The notes: generated by a model from the sequence alone, not told the origin. A stretch of 64,000 nucleotides of DNA from Candidatus Daviesbacteria bacterium (GCA_028687915.1 JAQTZF010000001.1:674634-738633), one strand, 5' to 3'. Positions 1 through 10,349 are shown, counted from the first letter of the stretch. Translations and numbers: made by a program.

Positions 1-1905
1 AATTCAAAAGAAGAACTTGTTCAGGATTTTAAATCAAATAGAGCAATTAATAATCTGTCTGGAAAAAGAGAAATTACAGTAGTGAATATCCAGAAATTTA
101 AAGACGAAGATGATGTTTTATCTACAAAGGATTACGACATTAATACTCAAAGAATTTATTTCTTGGATGAAGTACATCGAAGTTACAATCCTTCAGGAAG
201 TTTTCTAGCGAATCTAATAAACTCTGACCGAGAGGCAATACTAATAGGTTTGACTGGAACACCACTTATAAATCAAGACAGACGATCAAGAGATATCTTT
301 GGAGATTATATCCATAAGTATTATTACAACTCTTCAATCGCCGACGGATATACTTTGAAGTTAATTCGGGAAGGTATAGAGACAAGCTATAAATTATTGC
401 TTGAGAAAGCTTTAAAAGAAGTGGAAATATTGAGGGGTGATGTCGATAGGCGTCAAGTTTATGCGCATCCAAAATTTGTAGAGCCCATGCTTGAGTATAT
501 TATTCAAGATTTTACACAAAGCAGAATGCGATTTGGAGATAATTCGATTGGAGGTATGGTTGTATGTGATAGTTCAGAACAGGCCGAAGAAATGTACAGA
601 ATATTTAGTAGCAAATACGCCATAAAGAGTGATACAAATGAAACAAAGTTAACAGCTGCACTTATTCTTCATGATATTAATAACAAAGAGATAAGGAAGA
701 AAGAAGTTGAGGATTTTAAAGTAGGGAAAATAGATTTTCTTTTTGTATACAATATGTTACTTACAGGCTTCGACTCTAAAAGACTTAAAAAGCTTTATAT
801 TGCCCGAATTATTAAAGATCATAATTTGTTACAAACACTAACAAGAGTAAATCGTCCCTACAAAGAATTCAGATATGGGTATGTTGTAGATTTTGCTGAC
901 ATTAGAAAAGAATTCGATGTTACAAATAAAGCCTATTTTGAAGAGCTACAACAGGAATTGGGAGATGAATTTAAAACATACTCAAGTCTTTTCAAATCCA
1001 AAGAAGAAATTGAAGAGGAAATACAGGAAATTAAAGATCAACTTTTCCACTTTGATCTGCAAAACGCAGAAATATTCTCACAGCAGATCACTCAAATTGA
1101 AGATCGAAAAAAAGTATTAGAAATTAAAAAAGCTTTAGAGAGTGCCAAAAATTTATACAATATAATTCGATTGTATGGACATTTTGAATTATTGGAGAAG
1201 ATCGATTTCAAAAAGTTAAATGAATTATATAATGAGGCAGACCGACATCTTGAATTATTGAATTTAAAGGATTCCCTAGAAAATAGCGTAGATACCACTA
1301 ATCTCCTGAACGTTGCATTAGAAAATGTATTATTCATGTTCCGTAAAGTTTCGGAGAACGAGTTAGTCATCGCGGACAAACTCAAAGATATTCTACGTAA
1401 AACGAGAGAGGCTTTAGCTAGCAACTTCGACCAAAAAGATCCTGAATTTATTTCTTTGTATGAAGAACTTAAAAGATTATTTGATAAGAAAAATCTTGAT
1501 GAAATTACTCAGGAAGAAATGAATCAAAATATAGATTCATTGCAACAAATCCTTGATAAAGTTACGGAACTTAATAGAAGAAATAATTTATTAAAGGCTA
1601 AGTACGAGAATGATTCTAAATACGCTCGTGTGCATAAGAGAATTTTAGAAAAAAATATTATTTCAAGAAGGGAACAAGATATTTACAGCACCCTTATAGA
1701 TATAAAAAAGCAGGCCGATGAAAAAGTATTGATAAATACAAAGTTATTAAATAATGAGAGCTATTTCGATCAAATGATGACACCAATAGTTATTACTGGA
1801 TTTGAGAATAATAAAATAAGTTTAGACCCTGAATCTGCACAATTTATCAATAATGCAGTAGTTGCTGAATATATAAATGAATTTCATGGAAAAAGAATAT
1901 GGTAA
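1..1905 (+). CDS. hsdR: Type I restriction enzyme R subunit (HsdR), C-terminal ~635 aa; 5-prime end cut by the window edge (frame 1 is open from nt 1)
   Basis: Helicase C-terminal-type motifs (LTGTPL...; FLFVYNMLLTGFD) and a long coiled-coil tail. It is immediately followed by overlapping hsdM and hsdS. Confidence 0.75.
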   Translation, partial: NSKEELVQDFKSNRAINNLSGKREITVVNIQKFKDEDDVLSTKDYDINTQRIYFLDEVHRSYNPSGSFLANLINSDREAILIGLTGTPLINQDRRSRDIFGDYIHKYYYNSSIADGYTLKLIREGIETSYKLLLEKALKEVEILRGDVDRRQVYAHPKFVEPMLEYIIQDFTQSRMRFGDNSIGGMVVCDSSEQAEEMYRIFSSKYAIKSDTNETKLTAALILHDINNKEIRKKEVEDFKVGKIDFLFVYNMLLTGFDSKRLKKLYIARIIKDHNLLQTLTRVNRPYKEFRYGYVVDFADIRKEFDVTNKAYFEELQQELGDEFKTYSSLFKSKEEIEEEIQEIKDQLFHFDLQNAEIFSQQITQIEDRKKVLEIKKALESAKNLYNIIRLYGHFELLEKIDFKKLNELYNEADRHLELLNLKDSLENSVDTTNLLNVALENVLFMFRKVSENELVIADKLKDILRKTREALASNFDQKDPEFISLYEELKRLFDKKNLDEITQEEMNQNIDSLQQILDKVTELNRRNNLLKAKYENDSKYARVHKRILEKNIISRREQDIYSTLIDIKKQADEKVLINTKLLNNESYFDQMMTPIVITGFENNKISLDPESAQFINNAVVAEYINEFHGKRIW

Positions 1906-3524
1906 CTCAAGATTTTAAACAACAAACTAAAAATCTCATTGATAATTTGAAAGGGGTTTGTAATTCATATGGATTAGGTAATGACGGAAATGAGTTTAAA
2001 ATAATCACTCAAGTATTTCTATATAAATTCATGAATGATAAATTCAGTTATGAAGTTAAAAGAATCGATAGCAGATTAAGAAATGCTAATAATTGGGAGG
2101 AAGCTATCAGTAATTTTTCAGAAAAGGAATACCAGTTGCTTCTAATGAAGATGAGTCCTGATAGTGCAAAGCTAAAAAAAGAACATTTTTTATCCAATCT
2201 TCATAACAGACAAAATCAGGAAGAATTTGCAAAATTATTCGATGATACCTTAAGGGACATTGCAATATTTAATAATGAAATCTTCTCTGTTAAGACTGGT
2301 ACCGGATCCAAAATCAAGTTATTTGATGAACTTAGTCAATATATTACTGATAGTTCACAAAGAGACAATTTTTGTAGAGCTCTTATAAATCAATTATTAA
2401 ATTTTAGTTTTGAAAATATTTTTAATGAGAAATTCGACTTTTTCTCTACGATCTTTGAATATTTGATAAAGGATTATAACAAGGATGGCGGAGGTAAATA
2501 TGCTGAATATTATACGCCGCATGCAGTATCAAAAATAATGGCATCTATACTAGTAAATAAATCCGTAAGTAACGTAACTTGCTATGATCCTGCTGCAGGT
2601 TCAGGAACGCTTTTAATGAACTTAGCCCATGCTATTGGGGAGAATCGTTGCACACTTTATTCTCAAGATATTTCTCAAAAATCGTCAAGCATGCTACGGC
2701 TTAATTTAATTTTAAATAACTTAGTACATTCAATACAAAATATAATTCAAGGTAATACTCTCACAATCCCTTACCATCGTTCAGGAGATAAATTAATGAA
2801 GTTTGACTATATTGTTTCAAATCCTCCTTTCAAATTAGATTTTACTGAATTCCATGCCTCACTCGATACCAAACAAAATCATGAACGCTTTTTTGCAGGT
2901 ATCCCAAAAATACCTCAAAAAGATATCGACAAAATGGCAATTTACCTTCTATTCATTCAACATATTATTTTTTCCCTCTCGGAAAAAGGCAAAGCAGCAA
3001 TCGTTGTCCCAACAGGATTTTTAACAGCACAAAGTGGAATTGAAATGAAAATAAGACAGAAGTTAATAAACGAAAAAATGCTACGTGGAGTAATCTCGAT
3101 GCCTAGTAATATATTTGCAACTACAGGAACAAATGTTTCAGTTTTATTTATAGACAAGACTAATAAGGATGGAGATATAGTGTTAATGGATGCTTCTAAA
3201 TTAGGTACAACAATAAAAGAAGGTAAAAATCAAAAAACTTTACTCTCACCAGATGAAGAAAATTTAATTACCCAAACTTTTAACGAGCAAGGGGCAAAAG
3301 ATGGTTTTTCAGTTGTTGTGCCTTATAGGAAAATTATTGAGAAAAATTATTCATTTAGCGCTGGCCAATATTTTGAAGTAAAAATCGAATATACAGATAT
3401 AACCCAGAATGAATTTTTAGCTAAAATGAATGAGTTTAACGATAATATCGATAGATTATTTACTAAATCTAAAGAACTTGATATTAAAATTAAAAATCAA
3501 ATTAAAGACTTAAAATATGGTTAG
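1899..3524 (+). CDS. hsdM: Type I R-M N6-adenine DNA methyltransferase subunit (HsdM)
   Basis: SAM-binding motif I DPAAGSGTLL and catalytic motif IV NPPF (IVSNPPFKLDF). Start overlaps the hsdR stop and the end overlaps the hsdS start. Confidence 0.85.
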   Translation: MVTQDFKQQTKNLIDNLKGVCNSYGLGNDGNEFKIITQVFLYKFMNDKFSYEVKRIDSRLRNANNWEEAISNFSEKEYQLLLMKMSPDSAKLKKEHFLSNLHNRQNQEEFAKLFDDTLRDIAIFNNEIFSVKTGTGSKIKLFDELSQYITDSSQRDNFCRALINQLLNFSFENIFNEKFDFFSTIFEYLIKDYNKDGGGKYAEYYTPHAVSKIMASILVNKSVSNVTCYDPAAGSGTLLMNLAHAIGENRCTLYSQDISQKSSSMLRLNLILNNLVHSIQNIIQGNTLTIPYHRSGDKLMKFDYIVSNPPFKLDFTEFHASLDTKQNHERFFAGIPKIPQKDIDKMAIYLLFIQHIIFSLSEKGKAAIVVPTGFLTAQSGIEMKIRQKLINEKMLRGVISMPSNIFATTGTNVSVLFIDKTNKDGDIVLMDASKLGTTIKEGKNQKTLLSPDEENLITQTFNEQGAKDGFSVVVPYRKIIEKNYSFSAGQYFEVKIEYTDITQNEFLAKMNEFNDNIDRLFTKSKELDIKIKNQIKDLKYG

Positions 3525-4764
3525 TAAAACAGTTGTAATAAATGATGTTTGTGATTTTGTGGGAGGTAGTCAGCCTCCTAAGAGTGTTTTTGCAAATGCG
3601 CCCAAAAATGGTTTTATTCGATTGATACAAACTCGTGATTATAAAACTGACAATTATTTAACATTTATTCCACAAGAGTTTGCAAAAAGGAAATGTGAAA
3701 AAGATGACATTATTATTGGAAGATATGGCCCTCCAGTTTTTCAAATTTTTAGGGGTTTAGAGGGAGCGTATAATGTTGCGCTTATGAAAGCCGTTCCTAA
3801 ACCAAATATTCTTAATGATTACCTTTATTATTTATTAAATCAAAAAGCTATTTTTAAATATGTAGATGCTTTATCTAAACGCACCGGAGGACAGACAGGA
3901 GTAGATTTAGATTCGTTGAATCAATATCCAATATTATTGCCTGAGATTAAATACCAGAAGCTAGTAATAGAGGTATTAAAATCTTTAGATGACAAAATTG
4001 AAATTAATAATCAATTAAACGAAAAATTGGAAGAAATGACAAAGTTAATATTCGAATACTGGTTTATGCAATATGATTTCCCTGATTCAAATAATAATCC
4101 TTATAAAAGCTCTGGCGGCGAACTTGTGTGGAATGAAGATTTAGGAAGAAAAATACCAGCCGGATGGGCTGTAGATGTGCTTGGTCCACATATAAAAATT
4201 AATCGGGGAATTTCATACAAAAGTTCCGACTTAAAGGATAAGGGTACTCCCATGATTAACCTAAATTCTTTCCACTTAAATGGCAATTATAAAATCGAGG
4301 GTATAAAATATTTCTCAGGAAATTTAAATATTAATAAAGAAATCAAATCAGGTGATTTAATAGTTGCAACAACCGATGTTACTAGGAACGCTTATATAAT
4401 TGGTAAATCATTTATTCTGCCCGATTTATTTGAAGAAACTGTCGTAGCATCCTGTGATATAGCTCAAGTTGAGGTAGATGAAAAATTAGATAAATTTTAT
4501 TTAGAAATGTTATTTAATTCTGATAATTATCATAGATATATTAAAGGGTTCGCAAGCGGAACATTGGTCCTTCATTTAGATACAAATGGTATTGAATGGT
4601 ATAAATGCGTTATTCCTCCTAAAGGAATACTTGAAAAATTCAATAAACTTAAAACCCAAATCCAAAATAAAAGAGATCTTATATTAAAAGAGAATCTAGT
4701 GCTTTCTAATTTAAGAGATTGGTTACTACCTTTACTTATGACTGGTCAAGTAAGTGTAGGCTGA
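3517..4764 (+). CDS. hsdS: Type I R-M specificity subunit (HsdS), two target-recognition domains
   Basis: 415 aa with two repeated TRD-like halves separated by a conserved central helix (LLPEIKYQKLVIEVLKSLDDKIEINNQLNEKLEEM). Position directly after hsdM with an 8-nt overlap. Confidence 0.7.
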   Translation: MVSKTVVINDVCDFVGGSQPPKSVFANAPKNGFIRLIQTRDYKTDNYLTFIPQEFAKRKCEKDDIIIGRYGPPVFQIFRGLEGAYNVALMKAVPKPNILNDYLYYLLNQKAIFKYVDALSKRTGGQTGVDLDSLNQYPILLPEIKYQKLVIEVLKSLDDKIEINNQLNEKLEEMTKLIFEYWFMQYDFPDSNNNPYKSSGGELVWNEDLGRKIPAGWAVDVLGPHIKINRGISYKSSDLKDKGTPMINLNSFHLNGNYKIEGIKYFSGNLNINKEIKSGDLIVATTDVTRNAYIIGKSFILPDLFEETVVASCDIAQVEVDEKLDKFYLEMLFNSDNYHRYIKGFASGTLVLHLDTNGIEWYKCVIPPKGILEKFNKLKTQIQNKRDLILKENLVLSNLRDWLLPLLMTGQVSVG

Positions 4765-4794
4765 ATAAAAGTTTGAAATGAAAAAGTTATTATT

Positions 4795-7236
4795 CTAAAG
4801 AGCGTTTAGTTTGCTCTCTAGATCAGTCCAATCTTGCGCAGTCGAATATGACCATTTATTTCGATGACTTCTATCTGAAGAAATTATCCAATTAAAGAAC
4901 GTTTGTGAGATTTGAGGACCTTTATCAAGTACTTTTTGCCAATTACTTAACATCCATGTTGCAAGGTTCACTATTAACAGGTCTTCAATTAAAACAATTC
5001 TGCATAGTCTTGGTTTTTTGCTGCTCCTTTTTATTGCAGTCATCACTTTAGCAAATCCATTTATACTATTAAAATTTGAAATAATCGCATAAATTCTCAG
5101 ACTTCCTAGTGATTTTGGCTCATGAGTAGACTTCAACCAATCAATATAACCAAGTTGTTTTGTCAAATCTCTATTAGTTAGCGAATAGTTACCTAACATA
5201 CTAAATTTTGCATCCCATCCAAAAATTCTTTGAATACCAGTATCGCTAAGTTTAAAAGAACAGTAACCATCGGGTACTTTTTTACCTTTAAATTTAGTTC
5301 CTAACCTTACAACGTTTGGAACTAAAGCTTGAAGAATATTCTTAAGGTCAACTTCGAAAATTTCTGCATCATAATTACTCTTAATTTTTAGACTATTTTC
5401 TGAAGCAACTAATCTTTGATTAATCCTTGTTAACATTTTATTTTCCTGGACTGTAAATGCAGTATCAAAGATATCCTTAATAGTTGAGGTAGAACCATCT
5501 GTTGTAAGTTTAAGCTGTGTAATAATTTTTGAAATCTCCAAGCAATCTGCCCCTAGATTTTCAAGCTCATCCTTTTTATTCACCATCTCAGGATCTATTA
5601 AAGCAATTAGACCATATCCTTCAGATGCTAAAGATCGGCAGAAATTTAAATCCCTCTGATTGATTACAGTAACAACATACATAGCAATATTTTTTGTCCG
5701 GTTATGTATCCTGATCACATTTTTCTTGTATTTTTTTCTTTGAATTAACTGTTTTTGTATTTCATAATTTCCGAAGTTAGATTCTAGAATACTTGCAAGT
5801 TGTTCAAGACATTGAGTTTCATTGACTTGTACTGTGATATATTCACCAATAACTATCATCGGGCGACCACATTTAGGACAAGGCCAATCAATCCATGAGG
5901 TTGTACGACAGGTCCAACTTTCACACCTTCTTTTTGCGATTTCTTTAGGCTTTTTAAATAATTCTTGTTTAATTAGATCAATTAGTACTTTTTCAGCCTT
6001 TTCAGGAATTGGTGGATCAGTACTTACCATTTTGTCTCTTAATAATTTATCAACGATAAAATCTACAGTAAGATTTTGAGTTATGAACCATGTTTCTTTA
6101 ATATTTACACCTAAAATCTTAATCAATTCTTCGAGCAATTGAGATTCAATGAAATTTGATTTTCCTTTTGAATCTACATTTAAAGAAAATCTTTTCCATT
6201 TGTCTCCAAAAGGATATATGGATATATTTTGGCCAGCTATTCTGTAGTCTATTGATCTCATATCAGAAATATCTCTATCGACCCACAAGCTTTTAATATT
6301 TGCTACAGCTGCATCGATAGTATGCTCTTCATTACTTGATATTTTTACAGAAGGACTTTCTGGAAGATTGGCACTAATTAAACCCATTGCAGAAAGTTGA
6401 AGGCTACTTTTTTCGCTATTAATTATCAGTAAATCCTCCAACAATTTTTTACCCGCATATTCCACATCACTCCGTGAAGCGTAAACTTGATCTGGTAATA
6501 TTTTTCCTTTAATAAATCCATGCGCGTCACCTATTTCTTTCTTAAAACCAGATATATACCCAATCCTAAGATTAATTGAATCAAAGACTAGGATGGAGAA
6601 CGAAGCAGTCTGGATTTCTTGATTATGACCTTCAGCTCTTACTACATTGGCACCCGCAGGCTTGGTTATTAAATATATATCTAATCCATTAATACTCTCA
6701 TGAAATCTGACTTTTCTTGATTTTTTTAGTTTATAGGCCAGACTTCTACATAAAGCGTCAACTTTATTTCGGATTAATTCAGAGATTTTATCAGCTGTTA
6801 AATCGCTATTAATTTTTAACCAAGTCACAGGGCTTCCACGACTTTTAAAAGTACTATAAGCAAAAAGACTAGTTGGGAATAATGATTTTGTAAAAAAATC
6901 ATCCATTATTTGAAGAAATATATATTTCTCGAGCAATAGACCTTTTAAAGTTGTAGTCATAGCTTCACCAATTATGAGTGGGTTGTTTTGATTTATGAAG
7001 CTCTTGATCAATAAAAGGCGAACATTCCTTTTGGTTACAGGTAATGTTTTAGTTAAATCGATTCCTTGTCCTGTAACAGTTACAATCTTATTAATTTCAT
7101 TTGGAGTGAAGTTTTTGAGAAAAGCTACCAATCTATTCCATTCCTCATGTATTAGGGCAGTATTGCTTTCGATGCTTACCTCAATTTCTATCCACTTTTT
7201 AGATTCCTCAACCCCTAATAGGTTTTGATACTTCAT
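4795..7236 (-). CDS. Hypothetical 813-aa protein with a central 4-Cys zinc ribbon (CESWTCRTTSWIDWPCPKCG) and a C-terminal PD-(D/E)xK nuclease-like motif (E-VDLK ... KVPDGY ... GWDAKF)
   Basis: Seen directly in the translation. No Walker A motif. It is convergent with and 30 nt from the hsdS stop. Confidence 0.5.
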   Translation of the reverse strand: MKYQNLLGVEESKKWIEIEVSIESNTALIHEEWNRLVAFLKNFTPNEINKIVTVTGQGIDLTKTLPVTKRNVRLLLIKSFINQNNPLIIGEAMTTTLKGLLLEKYIFLQIMDDFFTKSLFPTSLFAYSTFKSRGSPVTWLKINSDLTADKISELIRNKVDALCRSLAYKLKKSRKVRFHESINGLDIYLITKPAGANVVRAEGHNQEIQTASFSILVFDSINLRIGYISGFKKEIGDAHGFIKGKILPDQVYASRSDVEYAGKKLLEDLLIINSEKSSLQLSAMGLISANLPESPSVKISSNEEHTIDAAVANIKSLWVDRDISDMRSIDYRIAGQNISIYPFGDKWKRFSLNVDSKGKSNFIESQLLEELIKILGVNIKETWFITQNLTVDFIVDKLLRDKMVSTDPPIPEKAEKVLIDLIKQELFKKPKEIAKRRCESWTCRTTSWIDWPCPKCGRPMIVIGEYITVQVNETQCLEQLASILESNFGNYEIQKQLIQRKKYKKNVIRIHNRTKNIAMYVVTVINQRDLNFCRSLASEGYGLIALIDPEMVNKKDELENLGADCLEISKIITQLKLTTDGSTSTIKDIFDTAFTVQENKMLTRINQRLVASENSLKIKSNYDAEIFEVDLKNILQALVPNVVRLGTKFKGKKVPDGYCSFKLSDTGIQRIFGWDAKFSMLGNYSLTNRDLTKQLGYIDWLKSTHEPKSLGSLRIYAIISNFNSINGFAKVMTAIKRSSKKPRLCRIVLIEDLLIVNLATWMLSNWQKVLDKGPQISQTFFNWIISSDRSHRNKWSYSTAQDWTDLESKLNAL

Positions 7237-7424
7237 GATGTTTTAATAAAAGTTTAGATTCACAAACCTTTGAGTGATTATAACACTCATTCCTCTGTAT
7301 TACTGCTCATTTCACATTTTTTTATTTGCTATTAAAGCTAATGCTTAAGTCATATTTAAGATCTTGACTTCGGGGAATGTTAGGGTTAAATTTAAATAAG
7401 ATATAAGCAGACAAAATTAGTAAT

Positions 7425-7565
7425 AATTTTGACGTAGCTCTTTGAAAAGCTGGCGAGGATAACCTCCGGCCCTAATATAGTTTGCGATTAGTTTACCTCA
7501 CGCCTCCTCCTAAGGTCATAAAATTATATGGCTTTAGGCGGGGAGCGGTAGAGTAAGCTTCCCAA
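7425..7565. other. GC-rich island in an AT-rich intergenic region, possibly a structured RNA or leader
   Basis: Segments gctggcgaggataacctccggccc, cctcacgcctcctcc and ggcggggagcggtagag have mutual complementarity. No ORF on either strand. Confidence 0.25.
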
Positions 7566-7596
7566 TATAACTATATAAAGAAAGGGGGTGATTGTA

Positions 7597-7773
7597 ATGG
7601 TAAGATTCGAAATTCTTCGTAATCGTACTGGAGAGTTCTGGTGGCGACTTGTCGCTTCAAATAATCAAATTGTTTGTTGGAGCGAAGGTTATACAACCAA
7701 GCAAGGAGCAGTTGACGCAATTAATTGGGTCAAAAGCTGGGCTTCTTCAGCTCCCATTCACGATTTGACTTAA
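7597..7773 (+). CDS. DUF1508/YegP-family small protein
   Basis: VRFEILRNRTGEFWWRLVASNNQIVCWSEGYTTKQGAVDAINWVK matches the YegP/DUF1508 repeat pattern. GGGGG Shine-Dalgarno 8 nt upstream of ATG 7597 (GTG 7588 is the alternative start). Confidence 0.7.
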   Translation: MVRFEILRNRTGEFWWRLVASNNQIVCWSEGYTTKQGAVDAINWVKSWASSAPIHDLT

Positions 7774-7872
7774 TAAGTCAAATCGAACCTCGTCGGCTTT
7801 TTGGGGAGCTGCTTCTACTAACTCTTTCTGGTTTGTCTTGATGATATATCCTATATTAAAGATAATGAATCT

Positions 7873-9447
7873 ATGAAAAACTTATTTAAATGTTTAATTA
7901 AATTTTTTCAACTTCTTTTTAACATTAAGCTTGTTCTAATTGTTTTGCTATTCTGTTTTATTGTGGATTTTATTTCCGAAGCTAAATATTTTAATGGTTT
8001 TAATGAAAATAATTATATCGTTTCATTTATTGTTAACTATTTAATTTGGTATACAGTAGTAGGATTAGCATTTCCAGCTGTAAGATGGTTAAAAGACAAA
8101 GGATGGCATTACTTCATTCTGGTCATGACTAGTATTGTTTTCCTCCTAGTTGCTTTAAATCTACCCAAAAGCCCTCTTATTCTAAAAGAACTTACTAATC
8201 TCGCAATATTACTGTCTCTAGCAGGATTTACTGCTTTAATGATGAAACTAATTTTGAATTTAATTAAGTTGCGTCCTAAACATATTGCCTTATTAATTAA
8301 AAAGTTTGTTTCTTTGTTACTGGAAACTTTACTGGCAATAATTAAGCTACCGCTGTTAATAAGAAGCAAACATTTTTCTAAAGTAGCAATCGTAGTTTTA
8401 GTTTCAGGACTTGCAGTAGCTTTATGGCAAATTGATCAGCTTAGTAATCGCTTAGGCGTTATCGAAAACAGGCTTGGTGGATCTTCCAAAATAGCATGTA
8501 ACGAGAAGGATACAATAGCTAAAGTGCGTCAATCAGTTGTTAGAATTGTTGGTGGAGAATCAGAAGGCTCAGGTTTTGCTATCAAAGAAGGTGGAACAAT
8601 AGTAACTAATTTCCATGTTATAGAATTTGAACCAAGTCCAAAAGTAATATTACCTGATAATACTTTTGAAACTGCCGAGATAATTATGGCAGATAAGAAC
8701 GCTGACTTGGCAATCCTTAAAATTAATAAAAACCTACCTGTATTAAGCTGGGGAAGGTCAGAGTTGCTAGAGCAAACAGAAGAGCTTTTAGCAATTGGCT
8801 ATCCATTTGGCGGACAGTTACTTGGTGATCCGTCTGTTAATAAGGGTATTTTGGCAGGCACTAGATACTCTAAAGATAATGGAATTCAATATATTCAAAC
8901 AGATACTACCTTGAATCCAGGAGTGTCAGGTGGGCCAATGGTAGATATATGCGGTAAAGTGATGGGAATTAATACTGCTGGAACTGCAGGGCTTGGATTA
9001 GCAATTTCCTCGAAATCTTTTAAAGACAAGCAATTTGATATGTTAGTCTCTGATAATCCTCTAAAAGACATCAAGAAAATCACACTAGAACCAAACAAAA
9101 GCGCCTTAGATGCAGTGAATGCTTTTTACAGCTATCTGAAAATGAGAAAGATGCAGGAAGCTTTTGGATTATTATCAGGCAATTTTAAAAAGGGATATGA
9201 TTTTAATTATTGGGAAAAGGGTTATAGCTCATTACTTGATAATACTGCTATCAAGATAACAGAAGACAAAGATACCAAAGATAGGATTAATGTTAAGCTT
9301 GCTACCAAAGAACTTATTAATGAAGAGATAATTTATAAATATTTTGAAGGCTATTGGGATGTAAAGAAATCTGAAGATAAATGGCAGCTTTGGGAAGCGC
9401 ATATTAAAGAAGTAAATAACCCGGAATATTCATGGTTTTATGAATAA
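7873..9447 (+). CDS. Membrane-anchored trypsin-like (S1/HtrA-like) serine protease with an uncharacterised C-terminal domain
   Basis: About 190 aa of N-terminal TM helices. Catalytic triad context TNFHVIEF / NADLAILKI / GVSGGPMVD (GDSGGP-like). Confidence 0.65.
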   Translation: MKNLFKCLIKFFQLLFNIKLVLIVLLFCFIVDFISEAKYFNGFNENNYIVSFIVNYLIWYTVVGLAFPAVRWLKDKGWHYFILVMTSIVFLLVALNLPKSPLILKELTNLAILLSLAGFTALMMKLILNLIKLRPKHIALLIKKFVSLLLETLLAIIKLPLLIRSKHFSKVAIVVLVSGLAVALWQIDQLSNRLGVIENRLGGSSKIACNEKDTIAKVRQSVVRIVGGESEGSGFAIKEGGTIVTNFHVIEFEPSPKVILPDNTFETAEIIMADKNADLAILKINKNLPVLSWGRSELLEQTEELLAIGYPFGGQLLGDPSVNKGILAGTRYSKDNGIQYIQTDTTLNPGVSGGPMVDICGKVMGINTAGTAGLGLAISSKSFKDKQFDMLVSDNPLKDIKKITLEPNKSALDAVNAFYSYLKMRKMQEAFGLLSGNFKKGYDFNYWEKGYSSLLDNTAIKITEDKDTKDRINVKLATKELINEEIIYKYFEGYWDVKKSEDKWQLWEAHIKEVNNPEYSWFYE

Positions 9448-9474
9448 TTCTAGCAATTGATGTAATATCAAGAT

Positions 9475-9771
9475 ATGACAAACGATTATGAAGAACTGAA
9501 AGAAGCAATTAATAAGCTAGAGAAAAGAGTTGCCCAACTAGAGAATAGCACGAACTCCCGAAGGACTCCTGGACTAGATAAAGATGATTTATTTGATGAA
9601 GCTGTAAAAACTGTCAGTCAATACAATGAAGCTTCCTCCGCTCTCCTCCAACGTCGATTAATGATTGGTTATGCTCGGGCAGCAAGAATTTTAGATGAGT
9701 TAGAAGAGGCTGGAATTGTTGGATCAGGAGAAGGAGCAAAACCAAGAAAAGTTTTAATCTCCAAAGAATAA
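9475..9771 (+). CDS. Stand-alone FtsK-gamma (winged-helix, KOPS-binding type) domain protein
   Basis: DDLFDEAVKTVSQYNEASSALLQRRLMIGYARAARILDELEEAGIVGSGEGAKPRKVL is a near-consensus match to the FtsK gamma domain. No ATPase domain in or near the ORF. Confidence 0.75.
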   Translation: MTNDYEELKEAINKLEKRVAQLENSTNSRRTPGLDKDDLFDEAVKTVSQYNEASSALLQRRLMIGYARAARILDELEEAGIVGSGEGAKPRKVLISKE

Positions 9772-10011
9772 AGTGAAAGATAAATTGCTAAGTTATGTAG
9801 CTATTACAGCAATTTTGATTATTAAAAGCCATAAGACGGTCAGAGACTTTTTAAAAGTAAAGCTCGGAATCAATATTAAGTGGATAATTTTAACCATATA
9901 TTTTGCTTGGATTCTGGCAGGCATATTACACAACGCACCCCATACTTAACTTTGGTTAAAGTTTGGAATAATGTAAAAATACGAGTTGAAAAGTTCTAGG
10001 AGTAAATAAAT

Positions 10012-10311
10012 TTAGGAGTATTTATTTTCAAAAGATTTGTCAGACATCAGAAGATAAATAATGCCTTCAAAAAAACCTATAAATCCTGGAATAAATGTCC
10101 AAAAGAATAGTAAATAGATAATTCCTTGCACAGGTTTTCCTAAATAGAATTTATGAATGCCAAAATCACCAAGAAAAATAGCAAGTAATGCAGCTGCTAT
10201 TCTACTTTTACTAGTCTTTGACTCTAAAACAGGCGAATATTTACTCTTAACTTGAGCCCTGTATTTCTCTTCTTCCTCAATTTTCTTTTTCTCTTTATCT
10301 GTTAGTGTCAT
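10012..10311 (-). CDS. TM2-domain membrane protein
   Basis: AAALLAIFLGDFGIHKFYLGKPVQGIIYLLFFWTFIPGFIGFFEGIIYL is the typical TM2 two-helix signature. Confidence 0.6.
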   Translation of the reverse strand: MTLTDKEKKKIEEEEKYRAQVKSKYSPVLESKTSKSRIAAALLAIFLGDFGIHKFYLGKPVQGIIYLLFFWTFIPGFIGFFEGIIYLLMSDKSFENKYS

Positions 10312-10349
10312 AGCTTGCTGAATAATATCAAATAATTTTTACTTTAGCA

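Noticed and set aside
7425-7565. Tested the GC-rich island as a tRNA, SRP RNA or 6S RNA
   Set aside because: No cloverleaf can be built (ggcggggagcggtagag does not complete a D-arm/anticodon arm), and the conserved SRP domain IV and 6S features are absent. It is kept only as a possible structured RNA.
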